DNA of 64,000 nt from an uncultured Acetatifactor sp. Lineage in GTDB: Bacteria > Bacillota > Clostridia > Lachnospirales > Lachnospiraceae. A model generated the notes under the pieces. The model did not search any database. It worked only from the letters and a program-made list of their open reading frames with translations, and was not told where the DNA came from. Numbering within the stretch: the first letter of the stretch is position 1; each line of letters begins with the position of its first letter. Made by a program: the position numbers and the translations under genes. The stretch is taken from NCBI GenBank assembly GCA_910586215.1, contig CAJUGH010000015.1, positions 22,253 to 86,252 on the forward strand, read 5' to 3'. This document shows positions 10,498 to 19,190 of this stretch, piece after piece.

Positions 10498-10643
10498 CGG
10501 GAAGATATGGGATGGAATGTGTGGGGGAACGGAATATAGGGAAAAGGGAATCCGGACAGGAAGATACCTGCAAATGGGATAGAAGGAATCGGGATAACAA
10601 GATCCGGCACAACGGGAATTACCAGAATCACAGGACAGAAAAG

Positions 10644-11411
10644 GTGATTCTGTCTAAGAGGCTGCAGATGCTGGCTGACATGGTGACACCGGACAGCAGG
10701 GTGGCAGATGTGGGCTGTGACCACGGTTTTCTCTCCATCTACCTGGTACAGGCGAAGATTGCTTCCAGGGTCATTGCCATGGATGTGAGGGAGGGACCTT
10801 TACAGGCGGCCAGGGAACATGTGAAGGCTTATGGATTGGACACGTACATAGAGACCAGGCTGTCGGACGGAATGGGATCCTGCCAGGAGGGGGAAGTGGA
10901 CACCATGGTCTGTGCCGGTATGGGAGGACGTCTCATGGAGCGTATTCTCAGACAGGACATGGAACAGATGCGCAGGCTGGGGGAACTGGTACTACAGCCC
11001 CAGTCAGAACTGGAGGAATTCCGCATTTTCCTGCGGGAGGCAGGGTTTGTCACAGACAGGGAAGACATGGTGGAAGAGGGTGGGAAATACTACCCGGCCA
11101 TGCGGGTATCCTGGGGTGGGGAAGGGCAGACTGACGGGGAAACCGGTCAGAAGCTGCCAGATCCTGGCGTCAGCTGCGCAGCTGCCAGAAAAGAGATGCC
11201 CATACCCAGGGTACTCTGTGACAGATTCGGAGAAGGACTGCTACGGGATAGGCATCCGGTGTTGGAACAGTACTTAGAGTGGCAAAAGGCTACTCTTCTG
11301 GAACTGCAGGGGAGGCTTTCCAGGGAGGATTCCTGGAAGGCGAAGATGCGCCTGGAGGAGATCTTGAAAGAGCGTCAGGTGGTGGAGCAGGCACTGGAGT
11401 ATTATACATAG
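10644..11411 (+). CDS. trmK: tRNA (adenine22-N1)-methyltransferase
   Basis: N-terminal (V)ILSKRLQMLADMV...VADVGCDHGFLSIYLV signature. The GTG at 10644 is the family-consistent start, and the upstream 44 codons of the track ORF look non-coding. It contains a Gly/charged insertion near the C-terminus. Confidence 0.7.
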   Translation: MILSKRLQMLADMVTPDSRVADVGCDHGFLSIYLVQAKIASRVIAMDVREGPLQAAREHVKAYGLDTYIETRLSDGMGSCQEGEVDTMVCAGMGGRLMERILRQDMEQMRRLGELVLQPQSELEEFRIFLREAGFVTDREDMVEEGGKYYPAMRVSWGGEGQTDGETGQKLPDPGVSCAAARKEMPIPRVLCDRFGEGLLRDRHPVLEQYLEWQKATLLELQGRLSREDSWKAKMRLEEILKERQVVEQALEYYT

Positions 11412-11425
11412 AAAGGACAGATAAT

Positions 11426-13081
11426 ATGGTGAAGGTGACAATACAGGGTCAAGTGCGGGAATATCCCCAGGGGACCACATATGAGACCATAGCAGCAGAC
11501 TGCCAGGAGGCGTATGACAGTATGATTGCCGTGGCTGTGGCAAACGGCAAAATCAGGGAATTGTTCAAGAAAGTGACAAAGGACTGTACCCTGGATTTCT
11601 TTACACTGCGGGATGATGTAGGGCATAAGACTTACTCCAGGACAGCCATAATGCTGCTCTTAAAGGGGATCCATGACCTGTACGGTGCCGGGGCAGCCCA
11701 GGACTGCCGGGTGGAATGTGCCATCGGCCATGGCATTTACATCAATCCCATGGGCAGCGTGGAAGCCTCTCAGGAGAGTGCCGGGAAGATCAAGGCCAGG
11801 ATGCAGGAACTGGTGGAGGAGAAGGCTGTCTTTCTGAAGCGGTCTTATCCCTTGGAAGAGGCCATGGAACTCTTTGGTGCCCAGGGCATGACGGACAAGG
11901 AGAAGCTGTTTCGTTACCGCATGAGTTCGGCGGTGAACATATACGAGATACAGGGATTTTATGATTACTATTATGGGTATATGCTCCCCCATGCAGGGTA
12001 TGTGAGATGGTTTGACGTGATTCCTTACGAGGAGGGATTCATGCTGCTTCTGCCCACCAGGAAGAATCCCGGCATGGTGAATTCCTTCGTGGAGAGAAGG
12101 AAACTGTTTGAGACCCTGGAAAGCTCCGGGGAGTGGGGAAGAAAGGCCGCCATAGAAACCGTGGGAGATCTGAATGACCAGATCTGCAAGGGTTCCATGA
12201 GTGAACTGATCCTGGTACAGGAAGCCCAGCAGGAGCGGAAGATCGGGGAGATTGCCAAGGAGATTGTAGGCCGGGGGAATGTGAAGTTCGTGATGATTGC
12301 AGGGCCTTCCTCCTCAGGGAAGACCAGCTTTTCCCACAGGCTGTCCATCCAGCTGCGCACCCTGGGCAAGGTACCCCATCCCATTGCCCTGGATGACTAT
12401 TTTGTGGACCGGGAACTTACCCCCAGGGATGAGAAGGGGGATTACAATTTTGAATGCCTGGAAGCCATTGATGTGAAGAAATTCAATGAGGACATGACAA
12501 GGCTCCTGGCGGGAGAGCGTGTGGAACTGCCCAGCTTCAACTTCAAGACAGGAAAGAGGGAATACCGGGGCAATTACAGGCAGCTTGGACCAGAGGATAT
12601 CCTGGTCATTGAGGGGATCCACGGGCTGAATGAGAAGATGTCCTATGCCCTTCCCAATGAGAGCAAGTTCAAGATCTATATCAGTGCCCTTACGGCCCTG
12701 AATATCGACAGGCATAACCGGATCCCTACTACAGATGGCAGGCTGCTGCGCCGGATGGTGCGGGATGCCAGGACCCGCGGATCCAGCGCCCAGCGGACGA
12801 TCCAGATGTGGCCCTCTGTCCGCAGGGGGGAGGAGGAGAATATCTTCCCCTTCCAGGAGGAGGCAGATGCTATGTTTAATTCTGCGCTGATCTATGAACT
12901 GGCAGTGCTGAAGCCTTTTGCAGAGCCATTGCTGTTCCAGATTCCCAAGGAGTCGCCGGAGTACCATGAGGCCAAGCGGCTGCTGAAGTTCCTGAACTAC
13001 TTCCTGAGCGTGCCCAGTGAGAGCCTGCCCAACAATTCCATCTGTAGGGAGTTCGTGGGGGGAAGCTGCTTCAATGTATAA
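11426..13081 (+). CDS. nucleoside (uridine-type) kinase family protein with N-terminal TGS-like domain
   Basis: P-loop IAGPSSSGKTSF and the PRK/uridine kinase-like core. N-terminal MVKVTIQGQVREY beta-grasp-like start. RBS GAAAGGA lies before the ATG at 11426. Confidence 0.8.
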   Translation: MVKVTIQGQVREYPQGTTYETIAADCQEAYDSMIAVAVANGKIRELFKKVTKDCTLDFFTLRDDVGHKTYSRTAIMLLLKGIHDLYGAGAAQDCRVECAIGHGIYINPMGSVEASQESAGKIKARMQELVEEKAVFLKRSYPLEEAMELFGAQGMTDKEKLFRYRMSSAVNIYEIQGFYDYYYGYMLPHAGYVRWFDVIPYEEGFMLLLPTRKNPGMVNSFVERRKLFETLESSGEWGRKAAIETVGDLNDQICKGSMSELILVQEAQQERKIGEIAKEIVGRGNVKFVMIAGPSSSGKTSFSHRLSIQLRTLGKVPHPIALDDYFVDRELTPRDEKGDYNFECLEAIDVKKFNEDMTRLLAGERVELPSFNFKTGKREYRGNYRQLGPEDILVIEGIHGLNEKMSYALPNESKFKIYISALTALNIDRHNRIPTTDGRLLRRMVRDARTRGSSAQRTIQMWPSVRRGEEENIFPFQEEADAMFNSALIYELAVLKPFAEPLLFQIPKESPEYHEAKRLLKFLNYFLSVPSESLPNNSICREFVGGSCFNV

Positions 13082-13140
13082 TGTGGGAAAGGTGAAAAGA
13101 AAATCTAAGCTGGCCCTGACAAGTGATAGGGTGAGATTGA

Positions 13141-13172
13141 GGGGGAGGGTGCTGTGTGGCCCTCCCCTTTTG
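13141..13172 (+). terminator. rho-independent terminator
   Basis: GGGGAGGG/CCCTCCCC stem with a 10-nt loop followed by TTTT. Confidence 0.7.
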
Positions 13173-13213
13173 ACGGAAATGCGTGTTCAGACACATTCTA
13201 TGGGAGGATGGAT

Positions 13214-13912
13214 ATGCGGATTGTGCTGTGTGACGATGAGGCTGGATACAGGAACCTGCTTCATGAGAAGATACAGGCAGACAGTTTTGCCCATGACTAT
13301 GATGCAGAAGTGAAGGAATGCAGCAGCGGTGGGGAACTGTTGGCATATCTGGACAGGGGATTTTCCGCTGATGTGTTCTTCCTGGATATCCAGATGGAGC
13401 GGGGAGGGGATGACGGGATCTGGCTGGGCAGGGAACTGCGCAGGAGAGGGGAGCAGGGGCTGATCGTCTATGTGACGGCCTATATGGATCATGTGCTCAC
13501 GGGATATGAGGTAGGGGCTTTCCGATACCTGCCCAAGGACCGGCTGGACCAGATGCTGCCAAAGGTGCTGGAAGACATCCGGGAGGAACTGGCAGACAGT
13601 GAGTATGTATTCCACAGGGGTGGTGAGACAGTGTGTGTGGACAAGCACAGGATTCTGTATCTGGAGAGCAGGATCAGACAACTGCATCTGGTAACGGCAG
13701 AGGAGTCTTATGACTATTATGGCTCCCTGGAGCAGGCAGGAGAAGCCTTGGGCAGGCAGTTCCTGCGGTGCCACAGAAGTTTCCTGGTAAACACGGAACG
13801 GATTGAAAAGTATGCCTCCGGCCAGATCGTGCTCCAGGGCAATATCCCTATTCCCATCAGTCGTTCCTATGCCAGGGCCGTGAAGCAGCGGATGCTGCTG
13901 GAGATGAGATAA
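13214..13912 (+). CDS. LytTR-family response regulator (module copy 1)
   Basis: Receiver domain (MRIVLCDDE..., FFLDIQM) plus a LytTR DNA-binding domain (FLRCHRSFLVN). GGGAGG RBS lies 6 nt before the ATG at 13214. Confidence 0.9.
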   Translation: MRIVLCDDEAGYRNLLHEKIQADSFAHDYDAEVKECSSGGELLAYLDRGFSADVFFLDIQMERGGDDGIWLGRELRRRGEQGLIVYVTAYMDHVLTGYEVGAFRYLPKDRLDQMLPKVLEDIREELADSEYVFHRGGETVCVDKHRILYLESRIRQLHLVTAEESYDYYGSLEQAGEALGRQFLRCHRSFLVNTERIEKYASGQIVLQGNIPIPISRSYARAVKQRMLLEMR

Positions 13913-13958
13913 ATCGGATGAGGCAAGTAGGAAAAGCGGCAGGAAAGGCGCAGATGCG

Positions 13959-15287
13959 ATGCAGGTTCTGAATGGAATTCTCACGGTCTTGATGACCATG
14001 TATGTGGTATACAGACAGAAAAAGCATGGAATAACAGGGGAAACGAGGCGGGGGATTGTGACGGGAGCCGCTTTTTTCACCACCGCTTTTTATCTGGATG
14101 GTATTTTCTGGCTGATTGTAGGCAGTGCAGGGGGAACCCACAGCTTCCTGCTGCAAGGGCTGGGAATCCTGGTATCCAAGAGCATCCAGGGATCCGTGCT
14201 GGCTGTGGCCTTGGTGGCAGGCTGGGGGCAGGGGGCTGGGGATTCGGGACATTCCGGGGACTTCCGGTTTCTGGATGTGCTGACGGTGTGTATCAGCATG
14301 GGGTTCTGGCTGAGAGGACTTGGGATTCTGAGGAGACTTGCGGGTGTAAGAGGAATCTGGATTTTAAGGGAACCGGGGACTGTAAAAGAGATTGGGATTA
14401 TAATGGAATCTGGGATTCTAAGGGGATCTGGCTTTCTGGGGGGAGATTCCTTCCCGGGGGAACTTCCTGGAGATGGGGATGGCCGGATGTTTCTGGGGAC
14501 AATGTACCTGGTCCTATTGTTTGTACTACTGGAGGTCTATTATGGTTCCATGGCCCGGTACAGGAAGAAGTATCTGACACAGCGGCAGTTGGAGTATGCC
14601 TCCGGCCAGAGACAGGAGGCAGCGGGATACTTGAAACAGGTGGAGGACCAGTACCAGCACACCAGGGAATTGCGGCACGATCTGAAGAATCATATCACAT
14701 TGCTACAAATGCTCCTACAGGAGGGAAAATACGGGGAAATGGCAGATTACCTGCGGGTATTCGGCGATGAGGTGGATGCCCTGGCACTGCCTGCAAAAAG
14801 CGGCAACCTGGCCGTGGATGCCCTGCTTGCGGATAAGGTGACAAGGGCCAGAAGAGCCGGGATCCCGGTGGAACTTACCCTTTGTGACCTGGAAGGACTG
14901 CCCCTCAGGCCAGATGAGATCTGTGGCCTGCTGGGGAATCTGCTGGACAATGCCCTGGAGGCAAATGGCCAGGTCCGTGAGGGAAAGTTCCTGGCGGTGG
15001 AATGCAGGAACCTGGAGGAATGCTATTATATCCGGGTGCGGAATGCAGTGTCCCCACAGGACCAGGATGGCAGTCCGGTGCTAAGCCGCAAAGAGGACCG
15101 GAAAAACCAGGTGGGGCACGGGCTTGGCCTGCGGAGTGCGGAGCGGATCATTCATGGAGTGGGCGGTGAATTGGCAGCGGAGAGGAGCGCAAGACAGTTT
15201 ACGGTGGTGGTGCGTGTGCCGAAAGTGACAAAAAACCTGCCGAATCTGACAAAACAGGAAAATATCCCCGGAAATGGTTTAAGATAA
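13959..15287 (+). CDS. AgrC/ComD-type (HPK10, GHKL) sensor histidine kinase (module copy 1)
   Basis: Polytopic N-terminus, H-box RELRHDLKNHITLL, N-box GNLLDNALEA, G-box GHGLGLRS. Confidence 0.85.
   Translation: MQVLNGILTVLMTMYVVYRQKKHGITGETRRGIVTGAAFFTTAFYLDGIFWLIVGSAGGTHSFLLQGLGILVSKSIQGSVLAVALVAGWGQGAGDSGHSGDFRFLDVLTVCISMGFWLRGLGILRRLAGVRGIWILREPGTVKEIGIIMESGILRGSGFLGGDSFPGELPGDGDGRMFLGTMYLVLLFVLLEVYYGSMARYRKKYLTQRQLEYASGQRQEAAGYLKQVEDQYQHTRELRHDLKNHITLLQMLLQEGKYGEMADYLRVFGDEVDALALPAKSGNLAVDALLADKVTRARRAGIPVELTLCDLEGLPLRPDEICGLLGNLLDNALEANGQVREGKFLAVECRNLEECYYIRVRNAVSPQDQDGSPVLSRKEDRKNQVGHGLGLRSAERIIHGVGGELAAERSARQFTVVVRVPKVTKNLPNLTKQENIPGNGLR
15226..15285 (+). promoter_or_regulatory. candidate LytTR operator plus -10 element for the ABC genes (copy 1)
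   Basis: TGACAAAA at 15226-15233 and again at 15247-15254 (21-bp phase). TAAGAT at 15280-15285 lies 25 nt downstream. The element is inside the 3' end of the kinase gene. Confidence 0.45.
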
Positions 15288-15321
15288 GGCAAATGGAAAT
15301 ATTCTGGGGAGGGCTTTGTTT

Positions 15322-17193
15322 ATGAGAATCTTGCGAAACTGCATTTTCTGTCTGAAAACAGTATTCCGGTATGTGCCGGGAAATGCCCTGGCCAGTGTGA
15401 TCTGCTTTTTTGTGCCAGCTACTTTTACGGGACTACAGGTATGGCTGATCCAGCGGATTGTGGACGGGGCGTTGTCCTATGCGCAGGGTACCTTACAGAC
15501 GGCAGCAGGACTGGAAGGGCTATTGCTGTGGGGGCTTATCTTGCTGTTGATCCTGCTTCTGGGGAATTCCATGCAGAGGGTGGGCCTATACCAGATGGAC
15601 CTGGTGTCCTGGAGACTGATGGAGCGGATGACCCCGGATATTGCAAAGCGGCTTACGGAACTGGAATATGCTTCCTTTGAGGATCCGGCCACCCAGAATA
15701 TTTTTCAGAAAATGTCCGGTGCGCCGGAACTGGGGGTCTATAACTGCTGTCTGAGCACCATGTTTGTGATCCAGAGAACCATCGTCCTGGTATCTTCCAT
15801 GGTGGTCATTTTCGCCATCTCCCCATGGATCGGTCTGGGGATTGTATTGATCGGGATTCCCATGCTGTTCCTGGGGAATTATGCTGCCGGGCGCAATATG
15901 GCCGTGACTTCTGCTTCCGCGGATGTGAGGAGGAGGATGTCCGGGATCAAGGAATTGCTCACAGACAGACGGGCTATCTACGAGATGAAGATTTTCAATG
16001 CGGAGAGGCTGTTTGTACGAAAATGGAATACCTACAGTGGACAGTATGCGGACATTGCCCTGTCAGAGTTGAAAAAGGAGACAGCTGCGGACATTGGGAG
16101 CCGTCTCCTGAATGTAACCTATCTGCTGTTTGTGGTGTGTATGGCAGCAGCGGGACTGATGGGAGGAGGGCTGACCTTGGGACAGTTCACGGCGGCGCTC
16201 ACCGCTGTATCCGGGATCGGAGCCAGCCTGAATGACTGCAACAGGCAGGTGGTATGGCTCCTGGCGAATGCCATGGAGATGGACTATTACATGGACTTTC
16301 TGAAGCTGGAGACCCGTACAGACTTAGGAAGGGTGGATACCCTGCCACATTATTCCATTGCCTTCGAGAATGTCAGCTTCCGGTATCCGGGAACCAGGCA
16401 GGATATCTTGAAGAATGTTACCTTCTATGTGAGGGAAGGGGAACGGATCGCCTTTGTGGGGGAAAACGGTGCGGGCAAGTCCACCATTATCAAATTGCTC
16501 TGTGGTCTGTATGAACCCACTACGGGAAGTGTGACAGTAGGCGGGGTACCGGTGCGGGAACTTACCCCCCGCCTGCGGACCCAGGTCCTTTCCGTGGTAT
16601 TCCAGGATTTCCAGACTTATCAGATGACGCTGAGGGAGAATGTGGCTTTTGGCAATCTGAAGGCCCTGGAAGAGGATGAGAAGCTGCTGCAGGCACTTAG
16701 GCAGGCAGGGGCAGAAGAACTGGCCGGCCTTGACTGCCATCTGGGCAGACTGGAGGAAGAAGGCCGGGACCTGTCCAGGGGCGAATGGCAGCGGGTGGCC
16801 ATGGCCAGGGCTTTTGTGTCTGATGCAAAATATGTGATACTGGATGAACCTACAGCTTCCCTGGATCCCGTGGCAGAGAGCCGTATGTATGAGAACTTTT
16901 CCAGGATATTCCACAACCGGGGAACCATTCTGATCTCCCATAGGCTGGCCAGTGCCCGGATGGCAGACAGGATCCTGGTGCTGGACGGGGGCAGGATCGT
17001 GCAGGCTGGGAACCATGTAGAACTGATGGGAAAACAGGGACTGTACCGGACCATGTTCCTGGCCCAGAGTTCCTTCTATGGGACAGGGACAGAAGCTATA
17101 CGTGACGGCAGCAGCGGAGACAATGGCAGTATTTTCTATGGGACAGAAGCAGAAGGAGGAGAATGTTCCAGGATGGCAGGAGGTCTCTTATGA
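15322..17193 (+). CDS. ABC exporter, fused permease/ATP-binding protein (copy 1, subunit A)
   Basis: Six-TM N-terminal half. Walker A GENGAGKST, signature LSRGEWQR, Walker B ILDEPT. Confidence 0.9.
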   Translation: MRILRNCIFCLKTVFRYVPGNALASVICFFVPATFTGLQVWLIQRIVDGALSYAQGTLQTAAGLEGLLLWGLILLLILLLGNSMQRVGLYQMDLVSWRLMERMTPDIAKRLTELEYASFEDPATQNIFQKMSGAPELGVYNCCLSTMFVIQRTIVLVSSMVVIFAISPWIGLGIVLIGIPMLFLGNYAAGRNMAVTSASADVRRRMSGIKELLTDRRAIYEMKIFNAERLFVRKWNTYSGQYADIALSELKKETAADIGSRLLNVTYLLFVVCMAAAGLMGGGLTLGQFTAALTAVSGIGASLNDCNRQVVWLLANAMEMDYYMDFLKLETRTDLGRVDTLPHYSIAFENVSFRYPGTRQDILKNVTFYVREGERIAFVGENGAGKSTIIKLLCGLYEPTTGSVTVGGVPVRELTPRLRTQVLSVVFQDFQTYQMTLRENVAFGNLKALEEDEKLLQALRQAGAEELAGLDCHLGRLEEEGRDLSRGEWQRVAMARAFVSDAKYVILDEPTASLDPVAESRMYENFSRIFHNRGTILISHRLASARMADRILVLDGGRIVQAGNHVELMGKQGLYRTMFLAQSSFYGTGTEAIRDGSSGDNGSIFYGTEAEGGECSRMAGGLL

Positions 17194-18947
17194 AGAAGAT
17201 ATTACATTGTGTGGGAGAAGTTTTTAAGGACTGCTACAAGGCTTTCCCGGCCTTTTTCCTTCTGGCCATGGCCCTGGACGGACTGGGTGTGATAGCTGCG
17301 ATGCTGGAGCCAGTGCTGCTTGCAAGGATCCTGGAACTGGCAGGTGGAAAGCCAGTGGATGGAGTGCAGCTTATCCAGACAATCGGGGCATATGGCATCT
17401 GCCTGGCATATGTGCCCGTTTCAGAGGTACTGTTCCGGACGGCTTCCCAAAGGGCAGATATCAAGGGTGCGCAGTATTTCGGGAACAAACTGGTGGCCTT
17501 TTCCCGGAGGATCCGCCTGGAGGTCCTGGAGAACCCTGAGACCCTGGACAGGTTCCACAGGGCCAATGCAGCGGAAAACAGCCAGTTTGTCTTCTTCAAA
17601 CAGATCCTGCTGACAGTCCGGAATGGGGTTACCTGTGTGGGACTGATGGCGGTGGTGGGCCGGTTCCACCCGGTGCTTGTCCTGTCCGGGCTGCTGGCCC
17701 TGGTGCCTTCCGTGTTGACCAAACTCTATTTTGAGAAGAAGACGACAGCCTTAAGGCGTATGCAGAGTAAAGTGTTGCGGCGTCTTGGATATATAAGAGG
17801 ATTGTTTTCCAATAAAGAGAGTATCAAAGAGATGCGCGTCATGGGCTTCGAATCCTATCTGATAGAAAAATGGAACGGGACGAATGCCCAGCGGGTAGAA
17901 GAATATGCCCAGGTGAATCTGGATATCTGCAAAAAGCAGGTCTGGGGTATCATCGTGACAAACACAGGCCATGTGTTGAATATTGCCCTGTCTTTTTTCC
18001 TGCTGATCCAGGGACGGATCTCTGTAGGTGCCTTTGCGGCCTGTCTGTCTGCCTTTACTGCATATGAGTCAGGGATGACTGTCTTCCTGGTAATGCTGTT
18101 CAATGCCATATCCACCTATCATGTGGTGGAAGATTACTATGCGTACTTTACCATTCCCACGGAGCGTGACGGGGAAGTGTCCTACCATCCTTTCCAGGAG
18201 GCCATAACGGCTTCAGATGTCCATTTTTCCTACAGTGGCGGTGACAGGGAAGTGTTGCGCGGGGTGGACTGTGCCATCCGGAAGGGAGAACATGTGGTGA
18301 TCGTGGGAGAGAACGGGTCGGGCAAAACCACATTCTCCAAGCTGCTGACAGGTGCTTTTCTGCCTTCCCAGGGCAGGATTTCCTATGACGGCCTGAGCAC
18401 AGAAGAGATGAACAGGGGGAGCCTGTACGCCCATTATTCCATAGTGCCCCAGGATTTCGTCCGTTACTGGTTCTCCTTGCGGGAGAATGTGGGGATCAGC
18501 GACCTGGATCGCTGTGAGGACACGGAAGCCATGGAGGCACTGCTGGAAAAGGTGGCTGGAAGTGAATTCCTGGAGAATGTGGGAGGGCTGGATGTGCAGC
18601 TTGGCAAGGAATACGGGGGCCAGGAACTGTCAGGGGGCCAGTGGCAGAAGGTGGCTATTGCCAGGGGACTGTGGCGGGAAAGCGATATCATTATCTTAGA
18701 TGAACCCACCAGTGCCCTGGATCCCCTGGTGGAGTATGATGTCCTGTCAAAATTCGCGGAGATGATCCGCGGCAGGACTTCCGTCATTATCTCCCACAGG
18801 GTAGGCATCTGCCGCATGGCAGACAAGATCCTGGTCATGAAAGGCGGGTGTGTGGTAGAATGCGGCAGGCATGAGGAATTGCTGGCTGCAGGCGGGGAAT
18901 ACGCCCATATCTGGCAGGAGCAGGCGAAATGGTACCAGAATGGGTGA
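17190..18947 (+). CDS. ABC exporter, fused permease/ATP-binding protein (copy 1, subunit B)
   Basis: ATGA start/stop overlap with the upstream gene. AGGAGG lies 6 nt upstream. GENGSGKTT, LSGGQWQK, ILDEPT. Confidence 0.9.
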   Translation: MKKILHCVGEVFKDCYKAFPAFFLLAMALDGLGVIAAMLEPVLLARILELAGGKPVDGVQLIQTIGAYGICLAYVPVSEVLFRTASQRADIKGAQYFGNKLVAFSRRIRLEVLENPETLDRFHRANAAENSQFVFFKQILLTVRNGVTCVGLMAVVGRFHPVLVLSGLLALVPSVLTKLYFEKKTTALRRMQSKVLRRLGYIRGLFSNKESIKEMRVMGFESYLIEKWNGTNAQRVEEYAQVNLDICKKQVWGIIVTNTGHVLNIALSFFLLIQGRISVGAFAACLSAFTAYESGMTVFLVMLFNAISTYHVVEDYYAYFTIPTERDGEVSYHPFQEAITASDVHFSYSGGDREVLRGVDCAIRKGEHVVIVGENGSGKTTFSKLLTGAFLPSQGRISYDGLSTEEMNRGSLYAHYSIVPQDFVRYWFSLRENVGISDLDRCEDTEAMEALLEKVAGSEFLENVGGLDVQLGKEYGGQELSGGQWQKVAIARGLWRESDIIILDEPTSALDPLVEYDVLSKFAEMIRGRTSVIISHRVGICRMADKILVMKGGCVVECGRHEELLAAGGEYAHIWQEQAKWYQNG

Positions 18948-18959
18948 AGGCGGCAACCC

Positions 18960-19190
18960 TTATAACTCTCCTGCCTGGAAGGCTGTGTATCCCTCATAAT
19001 AGTAGCTATGGTCGATTCCTTTCCTATATACTTCCCGGCTGTGGATTTCATCCGTGAGGACAGCTTTTAGGATATGCTTGATTTCAATATCCTTGACGGG
19101 GCTGCGCTCCATGGCCAGGAGGTAATCCTCTTTATCTATCCTGCTCCAGTCTATGCAGTACCTACATATGCTGTCTTCTGTGGTAGCGTT
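18960..19190 (-). pseudogene. Fic/DOC-family protein, 3' remnant
   Basis: Only the C-terminal IDWSRIDKEDYLLAMERSPVKDIEIKHILKAVLTDEIHSREVYRKGIDHSYYYEGY segment is recognisable. No HPFxxGNGR motif or credible N-terminus. The upstream part of the track ORF overlaps the helicase tail in another frame. Confidence 0.5.

Noticed and set aside
10512-10643. N-terminal extension of the trmK ORF (44 codons, MECVGERNIGKRESGQ...)
   Set aside because: The family-typical N-terminus (ILSKRLQ...) starts at the GTG at 10644. The extension is Arg/Asn/Gly-rich with no homology pattern. The start assignment remains uncertain.
11279-11425. N-terminal extension of the kinase ORF overlapping the trmK 3' end
   Set aside because: It overlaps trmK by 133 nt. 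The ATG at 11426 has its own RBS and begins the conserved TGS-like domain.
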